This document shows positions 12,919 to 24,000 of a stretch of 64,000 bases of DNA, in pieces. The notes under the pieces are model-generated. The model did no database searches. It worked only from the letters and a program-made list of their open reading frames with translations, and had not been told where the DNA came from. Within the stretch, counting starts at the first letter, position 1. Every line of letters begins with the position of its first letter. A program made the position numbers and the translations under genes. Origin of the DNA: Convolutriloba macropyga (Eukaryota); contig NC_134475.1 in assembly GCF_964194025.1 (NCBI RefSeq), forward strand, positions 62,930,001 through 62,994,000, given 5' to 3'.

Positions 12919-13836
12919 TTAGAGATAGGCCTCAGACATACACCAAGGAGTAGAGGTAACATTACAGCTCAATTTCACATCAACCTGAATGTAGTTGTAA
13001 TTCTCAACTGATAAAGTAGTAATTCGGGGTAGAGAAGATAATTGCACGTCACGATACCCATAATGTCTGTCTCGTTTCCTTCTCGCAGACTCCAACCAGT
13101 TTTTGGAATCGCGACTACCTTTGGCGTTTGGAACACTGATATGTATAAAAGCGTTTTTTCTATTTAGCGGCAGCGACAACATAGATATATTTAGACCTTT
13201 TTCTGTAATTCGCAAACGAAATTCGTCATCTTCCAAACCCCAGCCCCAAAACTTATTTGAGAACCCGTTGGCTCTTTCGAAGTGCTCCCTGCGTATTAGC
13301 GTTACACCGCCAAAATAAGAGTCGAAATTGTAGAATGGGTGGTACTTAGGGGCAGTAAGATGTATTGGCCCAGAACTGTTCGGGTAAATATACTCTATTA
13401 GCGGACTATTGGGTAGCAAATCGATGTCGTGAAGAGCAAAATAGTCACAGTCGGGGTGTCCGTATAAGAATCCGACGTTGATCAGAGCTCCTCTGTTGAA
13501 CCTGTATCTATCAGCTTGGTTGATGATGTAAATTGAGTGACGTGTCAACTGATTGGAGAGAAATTCGCTCAGATACGGCACAAAAACGCTCAGCTGCGCC
13601 CATCTATCTCGATAAGGAACAACGACACATAGGTAATGCCTTGATTTTGGAATAGAAATTTTGGCATCTTTATTTTCAGAAATATATTTGCCCAAGTTTT
13701 CATCCTGGGGTGATGGGATGCTCATGAGCACAATAGGGTAGAGAATGATGAAAATTAAGCAGAACAGGACAGAGAATGTGAATATTATAGACACCAAGGG
13801 TGGCCTGTCAGAATAAGAATTGTACATAATTCTCAT
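12919..13836 (-). CDS. B4GALT7: Beta-1,4-galactosyltransferase 7 (xylosylprotein galactosyltransferase, GT7 family), single coding exon
   Basis: N-terminal type II TM segment, then VVVPYRDR, FNRGALINVGF, HDIDLLP (DxD), WGWGLEDDE and C-terminal C...TPWC. Start taken at the first in-frame ATG after a TTTTTAG acceptor. Confidence 0.9.
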   Translation of the reverse strand: MRIMYNSYSDRPPLVSIIFTFSVLFCLIFIILYPIVLMSIPSPQDENLGKYISENKDAKISIPKSRHYLCVVVPYRDRWAQLSVFVPYLSEFLSNQLTRHSIYIINQADRYRFNRGALINVGFLYGHPDCDYFALHDIDLLPNSPLIEYIYPNSSGPIHLTAPKYHPFYNFDSYFGGVTLIRREHFERANGFSNKFWGWGLEDDEFRLRITEKGLNISMLSLPLNRKNAFIHISVPNAKGSRDSKNWLESARRKRDRHYGYRDVQLSSLPRITTLSVENYNYIQVDVKLSCNVTSTPWCMSEAYL

Positions 13837-15765
13837 AAACTTGTTGTGTCCATCATTATACCTAAAAATAAGAGAATACAAAACCTCATGATGAAAACTT
13901 GTCGCAGGAGCTTTTAGCTATTTTCACTAAATTTACGTTGCAAACGTTTTCAAGGTCAAACTAGAAAAAAAATTATTCCCAGAGGCAAAATTTTTCAAAA
14001 TCTAGAAAATTTTATAAGGCGCATTTGCTCTTCTTGAGCGCTGGTATGACTGGTTGCTCAATTCATTTTCAATATCAATAAATTCCAGACCACTTCCAGA
14101 GCAGCAAAAAAAAACTAGGAAACTAGAAAACAACCCAAACATTGCTACAACACAAAAATTCAAACATGTTGTTGTAGCTGTCGCACAGAGCTGAAATTCG
14201 CAGGCAATTTTGGCGGGATACAGGCGCTTATTGCCGTTTTTATCTGGTACCCTATTTACGTTTTTATCATAGAGCAATGGAACAAAATCCAAACATCAAT
14301 TACAAAGCCCGTCTCAAAAAATTGAGTTTGAAAATCTCTAATGCGAAAGAATTGCTAAGATCAGCAGATAATAAAACAGCAAATAGTAAATAAAACACAG
14401 TTTCATTTCGATGCTTCGAATTGCTACATGACTGAGTTGATTTTGAAATTAAGCATTGAGCTCAGAAACCTCCATGCATTTAAATTTTTTCTTACCTACC
14501 ATTTACAGTTAACTGATTGAGTCGGTTGCAACTTTCTATTTTTTTAAAAACAAAAAACAGCATTGTAATAGACATTTAGCAGATATTCAACTGGTTTTCT
14601 AATACGAGTGCACGTTAAGTTTCAACAAAAGGCGCTTCTACTTCGTTGTCAATTGTAATCTTAGAACAACATGACTGTTGTCTTGCACTGCCATGCAAAT
14701 TAGAAGCAATGGAGGACAAAAGATAATTTTGAATTTTGATCAAACCAAAAAATTCTGAGCTCACTTAGATCTGAATGGTATTCTCAACCTTAAAAAAGTG
14801 TTTATGATGACGACTCTTTTTGTAGTTACTATTATATGCAATTTCTTAAAAACCAAGAGACAAATGCTGATAATCCTAATTTAATAACTTGAAAGGAATC
14901 TAGTTGAGCAATAAAAAATGGCAAATTAGAAACAAAGTCAGATTTACATTGGTAGCGAATTGAGCATTTTGGGCTCCAAAACTCTAACGTTAAACCTTTA
15001 ACCTTGAATTAAGGCTTTTCCAGCAGCTGCACCCCTCTAGGAGCTTCAAGGACTACTAGAGCTAATCTTGGCCCTGTAACACAACTTGATGCCCACTGGC
15101 CCTTACCTGTTTATACCATTTCGAAAGATCAAAGTCTATTGAAAAATTATGAAAACAAAAAAAATAGCAGGACAAATCCTGAAATACAATCCAGAAAATT
15201 GAATTCATAACTTAGAACTACTGTATCTGACCAGCAGAAGAATTGAACAATGCACGCCAAAAAGACAATATCACAACTTGAGAAACTACAAAAAATAAAC
15301 AAAGTATCACTGCTAAAACTCTTGAAGCATTAACCCTGAAGGCCAAATTTATTGAAATTTTATAAAATTCGATCTTTTAATATGCTCAAAGTCATTTTTG
15401 TCTCTTGAATCTCTCAAAAAATTAATATGGAAGACCTAAAACAGTTTCATTAGCCCTCAAAGAGCGAGAAACTCAGAAAATGACAAAAGTTTTAAAGAAA
15501 AATGGAAGCAAGTTTTCTAACTCTAAAATTTGTGATATTATTACATTCAGACCAATTGAAAAACCTCTAAAAACTATTCGATAACCGAATTCCACCCCTT
15601 ACAAATCTTTGTTGACCTATAAAGATCGTGAAGAGGGAACATGAAAAATTATTTTCAGAAAAATTACATCAAAAAAGTGCAAGAAGTCGTATTATTAAAA
15701 CGTTGTAAACATTCCTTTGTCCCTAGCAATTATTCTGTAAACTAACATCATACCCTAGACGTGGT

Positions 15766-16330
15766 TATCATGTGCTCAAATAATTAGTATTCGCTAGTGG
15801 TTGTTCATTTTGGTTGAAAGCAATTCTAGTTGATCAAATTGATTTGTTTACTCGAGTAAACTCTTTCAAATAACAACTTTTCTGGCAAGAACGAATACGT
15901 TGCTGAATTAACGATGGTTGTTCACAGCATTACAGCTTTAACAATTTAGCGAACGAAAATTGTGCTGAGCACCTATTACAATTTAACGATTTTTCTGTTA
16001 TTATTCACTATTGGATAGCTTTAGCGGTTTGGATCTTCGAATGGGTGAGTCGACAATCTTTTTCGACAACTGAAGATCTCCTCTGGTAAAAACTTTATTT
16101 CAGTAATACAACTGTTTATTAGCGAGCAACTATTTTGTCTGTTACAATTTTAATATCTTGTTATTTACATTCGAATATAGGCAAGTATTAAACAGATTTT
16201 TCCAAAGTTGATTGGAATTCAGTAGTAAAGTTCAATTATGTAATAATGTGAACAAAATGATGGCATAATAAGAGTTAGTTAAATAACAGTAAAAGGTCAA
16301 CGTTTGAACTTGGGTTTGAGCTACGTCATA
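15766..16330 (-). repeat. 3' LTR (565 bp)
   Basis: Direct repeat of 28699-29261; I counted about 4 substitutions and one 2-bp indel. Confidence 0.96.
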
Positions 16331-16340
16331 CTCCCCTCCT
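16331..16340 (-). promoter_or_regulatory. Polypurine tract
   Basis: Minus strand AGGAGGGGAG directly abuts the 3' LTR. Confidence 0.85.
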
Positions 16341-16650
16341 CAGGGAGACTTCCGGGCTCGAAAAACTTCGATATCCATCATTCAGCGACGAAGCTCAAAT
16401 CCGTAAAAGAGTAGAAGTTTGCCACAGTTCCATACCAGTTAGAAAGGATACATGCGAGTAGAAAAGAATAAATGATCGTCCAACAATAGTACCATTTGAT
16501 AAGATCAGAAGAAATTGCTCCACTCCAACCGAATAATAGTTAATGAAAAAGTGATCTGTCGCAGTATAGGAGGAACTATTGGTCTGCTGCAAGGGTATTC
16601 TTCTTCAGTTTGGTAGTGCACATTATACTTTACAATACAACTGCACTAAT

Positions 16651-18946
16651 TCAGAGATCAGTTTCAATGCGCTGAGAACAAGTTTGTGAGAGACATGGGT
16701 CTGAATTTGTTTCTACGGTTTTGTTCAACGTAGATAATGATGTGCGTGAGCGAGATTTACTTCTCGGTCTAGTGGCTTCAGTCAGAATGTGATAGTTGTC
16801 TTTCCATTTTTGTGGAATGGCATCAGCAGCAATGTTGTCCTTCACACTAATGACTGGTTTGACACCAATGTCGTCATTTTTTGGTTGAGGAATGATGGAA
16901 CAAATTTACGAATGATCTTAAATCTTTGATAAAGATAGAGAAACAAAATGTGTAAAATGATGTTCCCAATGAAAACAATAACTGTAAGCGACAAAGACAA
17001 TTTTAATGGGACGTATTCTTTGAATTCAGACACAAGTGTAGGCTTTAACGTTCTCATATCAGCAGTGATTGGTCTCGCAATCTGAACCAAGTCATCACTT
17101 GACTTTATTTTTGGGCTTCGAATCAGCTCTGCTCTCACTTTTCTCAGAAGCTCTACTCCCGCTGTTGTTCGAGACTCGAAGTAGGGCATCTGATCGATTT
17201 GTGGAATTTCGCTCATCAAATGCTCCAAGGGGTCTGGTAGCTTAACTTCGATAAGTTTCGCTTCAACTCGGTCGCAGCTCTCGAGATCGGATCGAATCTT
17301 CAAATTTTCTCCAACAATTATTTGATAGTTGCATTCGACTGTTATAATGCATATCTTGCATCCCGGAATTATTCTGTTCCATGACTTATGTACAGAATCA
17401 TGACTGTACTCACGCATTTCATAAGAATCTGAAGCCGAAGTGATTAGCCAAATGCCGTATCCTAAATTGGCAGCATTCGCTTGCGTAGGAAGGTAAAATA
17501 CTTCCGTGTCGCAAGTCTCCGCTGCTTTTAGGGTCGAACTAACGAAGAGGGTTGTCAGGCAAGAAGGATGATTCGTTTGGGTAGCGATAGTCTCATGGCA
17601 TATTCGGTATCTAGCTGATCCTAGACATGCCTCAACTGATCTTTTGAAAGTGTTACCGATTCCATTTGATCCTCTGATATGGCAAGATAGGGCGCTTCTA
17701 TGACCCATCGGATTGCCATACGAGGTTCTGGCTGTGGCATCGGAACTATTTGCGCCTGGTACGTAGAAAAAACAGTTTGTCGCGAAGCCAACGGAATGGC
17801 AAGTGTAAGAACTAGTCCTTCATCCAAAGTCACGACATCTCGAAGAAGTTTTGCGTCATAATATGATAATAAATCTGTTGGGGGTATGGCTAACGACAAT
17901 CTGCTACCACCTAAAGACTGGTCAGCAGCGACAGATTTCAGTATATCAAGTAGAGATTCCTTGGGTACCAAGGACATTGGTAAATGTTGTTGTAGTAAAG
18001 TTGGGATGGCATTTAGGACATTCATGCGATACGTGTAGAGAGCTGTTCTATAGCTTTTGACGTCCGTATAGAGCATTGAGAGAAGAGAGGCTGCTGTGTC
18101 GAAGTTGAAATTGAGCTGTTGGTTCGAGAACAGCATTTGGGTGCAGTCTCGTAGAATGTGGAAGTTGCCCTCGAAAACTTTAAATTGCTCCTCGATGATA
18201 GCCCAATTTTTATTCTGTGTCTCTATCATCTAGTTTTGTGTCTCTCTAATCTCTTTCAATTCATTCCCAACTAAGAAAAACTTTTCATCAGTTGCAGTTT
18301 TTATCTGCATTACGTAGTCCGTCAGTGATGAAGTGAAACTGTATAGTCGATCAATATTAGCTGCATTCTCTTTAGCTCTGTCTTGGCATGATCTAAAAAT
18401 GCCAGAGAGACCGCATCCGCCTCCATTTCCCATGAGGACACCAGAACCAAAGAGCCCTATTCCAGCCATAGCAGCGACTGCGACATGTGCTCCTCGTTCA
18501 ACTCGGTTGTTTGTTCCTCTGATTTCATCACTGTTGTGGAGAAAGGTTGAAGTTTCGTTTCGAATGAGTTGAACATCCAGACTCGACTTATTGACTTCTT
18601 TCTCTATCTTTGACATGATCCAATTAACATTGAAAGATGAGGCAATTCCATTAAAACTAGATGAGAAATCAAGTGGGCAGTGGATAGATGGTAATTTCCA
18701 CATGTCACTAAGGCGTTTGAGTAATGTATTCAACTCTGGTTTTAAGGAAAAGTTGTACGATGGATATGGAACCATGAATTGAACTGGTACGAACTTTTCG
18801 GCCAGCAGAACTTTCGTTTCTTCGTTGAAAAATATTCCTTTTTCGAGTACATCATCAAAGTTGCAATCTTCTGCTGTTTGAGCGGTACGAATACAGAATA
18901 AGATGAAATTAAGCATTATAGTGGCAAACTTCATCCTTCTAAACAT
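16651..18946 (-). pseudogene. env: env-like class I fusion glycoprotein, disrupted (stop at 18230-18232; frameshifts near 17640 and 16860)
   Basis: Signal peptide MKFATIMLNFILFCIRTAQT; RVER cleavage-like site followed by hydrophobic fusion peptide GAHVAVAAMAGIGLFGSGVLMG; heptad region; Cys-rich ectodomain; TM LSLSLTVIVFIGNIILHILFLYLY; Ser/Arg-rich tail in a shifted frame. Confidence 0.85.
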
Positions 18947-19423
18947 GAGAATAATTATGAGTTTGTTTCAGGAATGGAGTTTTATGGCAACTGTTACAGG
19001 TTTTAGTATGAGAACAAATATACGCATGTTTGTAAAACATTATTTTCAGTAAACAGTACCGCCTGTGGCATTAGGTGTAGGAACTTTTAGGTGAGAGTCA
19101 TGTATATTTGTAGTATAACAAATTCAGTTTAAATCCGTATCGCCGACTGTGGCGTTAGGTGTAAAAAACTACTTTGTTAGTTTGCTCTTTAATTTTGACA
19201 GTTCACAACTCAGTGCTCGGTTGTGAGTGGTGGAGGGACGTTACTTTTAATTGCGATAGTGTAATTGTTTTCTATTTTGCTTTTTATCAGGTGATAGTAC
19301 AATAACTTGCTTCTTATGCTCAATTGTTGCAAAATTATGTGTGAGCCTCAATGCGTCGTAGTTTTTTGCCAAGGTTTCTGTTTCCAAAGTGTCAAAAAGG
19401 TGAAAATCTATTTCAGAGACGAA

Positions 19424-20760
19424 ATGGATAGAACCCTTATGTTGAGAAGTAAAAACTTTATCAAAAATGGCAATAAACTAGGAAAGGAGGCTGCCTTGAC
19501 TTCGCAAGTGGACCGCGATTGTTGGGCGAAGCGGTTCAAGCGCTCTTATTTAAACAGTGAAGGCGAGTTACAGAGTGGTGGGAAAAAAGTTGCAACCGTT
19601 AAGAGCGTTGCGGAAGTGCTCGATGTTGCACATGTGAAGAACGGCATTCACCATGACCAGATAAAACCAATGGTGACGGCCTTAACAGCGGCAGGTCCAT
19701 TTCTTCCACCTTACACCGGAGGCCTTGAACAAGCAGTAAAAGAGTAAGTTTGTTGTGCTCCCTTGCTTTTTAGTGGCAACTAGGTTAGGCGATTACTAAA
19801 ATGCGGTGTCTGATGTTTGTAGATATAAACGATCTTGTCCAACTTGTTACAAGTATAATCATCGATACGATAAGTTCCTTGTGACGAGTTTGAGCACACG
19901 ACGGCGACAAGACCTTTGTACCGCACTAGATTCAGAATGGACGGCAAATCTTAGCGGGCACACAACGGATCCCGTTGTACTGGGAACGCCGGATCTAGGT
20001 GTAAAGACAACAAAACTGGCCGATGAGTACGGCCTATGTATGTTTGCCAGTGTTTACTATTTGCTAACTGGCGAGATATCAAGTAAGAACAGTCTCTCAA
20101 CTATTGTTTGACATCTTTGTGTGTTCCTATCGATCTCTTTTGTTTTTTGTTCTTAGAAACGAACGGTAAAGAAATGAAGAAAGCGAAGTGCTTTCGCTTG
20201 CGCCAAGCAAGTGGGCACAAAGTCATGCAAAATTTCAAGGCTTTCGAAGAATTGTGCCTTCATTGGCTTGATTATCAGATCAATCCGTTCGAAATTCACG
20301 ATTCAATGAACGGCACGGGACCTGTGGGAGACCACTGGGTAATTGTTTAACTCAAACTTTCACAAAATTGCTTGGTCTAGTTTTTTATCTTGGTCTCATT
20401 TAGTATTTGGCGTTGGCATATCTGATGGATGTAGACATCTGCGTCTACTTCGACTATGGCAACGATGATTCGGTCTGGGTCAGATACCATCATAGTCTAG
20501 ATTCACAGAACAACCACTCAGCCTTGCTTCTAGTGAACAAGCACATACCAGGGAGAGGGTATCACTGCGAACCTTTAATTGATGTGCCAAATGCCGAGTT
20601 AGTAAAAAATTCATCTTTTTCCATCTTTTTTTTTGAAAATCAACGTTTTTTTTTCATCTCTTTTTTTGTTTTTAGCGTTGACAATGAGTTCGATTCTCGC
20701 CTAGTAAATGGCGAAATAGTTCCTCGAGCTGCAAAAAGGCTGCGGACCGATAAAGACTAA
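19424..20760 (+). CDS. Spliced antisense accessory gene inside the provirus: integrase-type H2C2 zinc finger + OTU-like cysteine protease, 346 aa
   Basis: Exons 19424-19743, 19823-20082, 20157-20338, 20404-20597 and 20676-20760 (1041 nt). GT-AG introns of 79, 74, 65 and 78 bp, all phase-compatible. Motifs AHVKNGIHH...VKEYKRSCPTC, DEYGLCMFASVYYLLTG, LRQ, ALAYLMDVDICVY and GYHCEPL; basic tail KRLR. An extra upstream exon is possible (tttcag at 19411-19416). Confidence 0.8.
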
Positions 20761-21068
20761 AAACTGGTTTAAACTTTTCAGAACTCATAAAAATTTCATT
20801 GTTGGCATTCATTTATTTCCAAGCAGTTGAGTAAAGAAATGTTTGAAACTCATTGGAAATTTGCGGTTACTGTAGTGTTTGACCGTAGTTATGAAATCTG
20901 ATATTAATTATTTCAAATATTGTCTTTTTTTTAAAAAAAATTGTTATTTTTGTCATTTTCATGCAAAATCCGCCGTCTGGGGTAGGTTTGGAAAAAAATG
21001 TCAAAAGTTTGCAAAAAGAGCATTTCCAATAAGTCAGAGATGACCAGAAAGGATGTTTGTCCCCCCTT

Positions 21069-24000
21069 TTAGGGGTCTGGAACCAATTTTTGAAATAGAA
21101 AATTGACATTTTTGATTTTTTTTTTAAGTTTGGTTACCTTAATTTTTTCGAAGTTTCTTGAAGTAAGAAAACAAGACGTCCATATGAAAAGTGCACCAAT
21201 CGAAGCAACGAATGTGTTGCACTGTTTCGCACTTTCTTTTTCTACTGGAAAACTTTTTTTTAATATGAAAATGTGTAATTCAATTTGTAAGGAAGCCAAT
21301 TTTTGCAAAATAATTTTGCAAACATGAGGCCAATGCAGTCCTGCAGAATAGTCAGATTGCTGTATAGCAAGTTTTTTGATGTTTTTGTCTTTTATCTGAT
21401 GTTTCAAAGTAGATAAACATGCTGCTAGAGATGGGTAACTTGTTCGTTCGAATGCTGAATTTTTGGTTATCAAATTGAACACAGTCCGGTTTTTGATGTT
21501 GTCAAAAACAGAAATAACAGATCCTATTGAACACTGACTTGTTAGGTGATAAAGGTTGATGTGGTTTAAATTAATATTCATTTGCTTTAACTTCTCTAAT
21601 AAATTATCAATAGATGTAGTTTGGACTACAGTGTCATCAAATTGTTCAATAGTTGATTTGTGATAAAAAACTCTCAGATGACTTGCTTGTATATTACTAA
21701 TATTACTGGAATTGGTTTGTTCTGTGGCTTTTCTGATTCTAGATCTGCAACCAACAGCTAGTTTTGCTATTGGTGAAACTTCCTTTGATGACGTTGTTCT
21801 AGGAGTTGAAGTACTGGGTCCAGGTGCTTCAGTTTCACCTAATTGTTGATTTTTCACTTCTTCGCTTCTTTTGATGTTAAGTTTTGTCGCTCTTGATTCA
21901 GCTGCATCAGGATTTTTGACTAGACGTTCCATGTTTTTTCTATACGACTGCTTAATATTACTTTGTTTTTCCGACTTTTTTAAATGCGAATGTGGAATCA
22001 ACATCTTCCCGTCTATTGTACGAATCATGTGCGGGTGATCTTTAGAAGCAGGTGGTGGAGAACGTGTTCCTTTTTTGAATTGTACTTTTCGTGATTGAGT
22101 CTTTAATTGTCTTTCTTTGTCTTCAAATAAATTGCGTCCTGCTTCACGCTTAATTGTTATTGGTGTTTCTGTTTGCTCGTACTCATCGGACTGTGACTCC
22201 TCTTGCGTATTGGCGGGCTCTGTCGTGGTTTGCTGTGGCTCTCTGTCTGCGTTTTGTCCGTTGAACTGTTCAAATTGTTCAGTTTCACTTTCATTATTTA
22301 GTTCTGGGAAAAATGGAAGTTCAGCAAAGTTGTCTACGACTTCGTCATTTTCTTCTATTGGAATGTTGGCCATCTGCTCTCCTTGTAGGTTGCCCGCGTC
22401 TTCTGCCGGCTGAAAAGGCTGAGCAGGGACATGGGGAACTATTGGAGCTACAGCAGGTGCAGGCAGTGCTCCTGCTGCGGCTATTGGGAAAGAGAGTGTG
22501 ACTGTTGCAGGTTGTTGCTCTGTTTGATCTTCTTGATTTTCTTGTGGCACGTCGTCAATAAAGTGGTGTTCAAGCACTTTTGGAATTTGTTCATCGAACA
22601 ATTCTGGTTCTTGTCTGTTTTTTCCCAAAAGAGGATCAGGAACGAATTTGTCCGGATCAATGTCATCAAGATCTGATGGCTTCACGTTTGGTGTATAGGG
22701 TCTAAGTCTTATACGGTGTACACATTGTGTGAACAAAGTGCCAACCTTCCGAATCAGGTAGTTTGAATTTGTGAGTACTCTCTCAATTCGATACAACGGC
22801 AGCCAAACAGTCATTGATTTATATCCAAAGTCAGATTGATTCATGAGCTTTGGGTTAAGTAGCAGGCAAAACGAATAAAGTGCTAGAAGGCTTGAAAGTG
22901 CTTTTTCGTCATAGTATGTTCGATACTTGTGATAAGCGTGTATTAATTTTGACTTATTCTCGGAGAATTTTTGCTGCATAGCATCTTGCAATTGGATAAC
23001 AAAGTCAGATTTTGGATCAAGATTTTTCAAATTTTTATTATTGAACCTCACATCCAAGGGTTTAATCGGTTCACGACCGTGAAAAATTGATGTGGGTGTG
23101 CAACCTATTGACGAAAAATATGAGGTATTATGAATGTAGGTTGCTAGAGGCACATTTGTGCCAGTTGGACCATTGTTCATTCGTATTGAGTTTAAGAATT
23201 CTTTTCAGCGCTCCGTGTGCTCTCTCAACAACACCTACAGATTGCGCGTGCTTAAGTGTGGCGTGTTTAAGCTTTACTTCAAGCAATTGTGCTAACTCGT
23301 GCATTAGATCGGATACGAAACTACTGCCTAAGTCTGACAAAAATGTATGTGGTATATAACTGTGTTGGAAAAATATTGATGTGAGCTCTTGTGCTACTCT
23401 TTGTGCGCTTACATTAGTGAGTGGTACAGCAAAAAGGTTTTTCGAAAAAACATCAATACCAGTCAAAGCATACTTATAAACAGTTCCACGAAGTGGACCG
23501 ACTAGGTCGATTTGAAGCATGTCCCCGGGAAAAGACTGTAGTGATGATAAGCGTTGCAAAAATGTTTTTAGCACTTTATTGGAAATGAGTTTTGTCTGTA
23601 TACATGTTAAGCAATTTTTGACAGCATTTAGAAGATATTATGTAAATCCAGGAAAATAAAATCTTTTTCTGAACTCAAAGGCAGTTCTAACTACTCTTAT
23701 GTGTCCAGCAATTTTCGAATTCTGCAATCTATAGATTACCTCTTTCCAAAGGTGTTTAGGCAGGCAGTACTGGTTGTACAGAACTTTGCCAGTGTCATAA
23801 AAAAACTGTCGATACAGAACATCATTTTCAATTGTTAGTCTATTGAATTGCTTAGCGTATTTTTTGAGTGCGAATGATGCGTACTTGATATCCTCAACAG
23901 TGTTATTTTGTTTCCAAAAGATAACACGCTTGATAACTTCATCTAATGACTGCTCATGTTTAAGGTCGATAGGATTCAAGCGTTCAGTCAATTCGTGCAA

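Noticed and set aside
18990-21250. TIR-bounded Ginger transposon around the antisense gene (tgttaca at 18992)
   Set aside because: No matching inverted end or TSD was found on the right side by eye; kept only as an alternative origin hypothesis.
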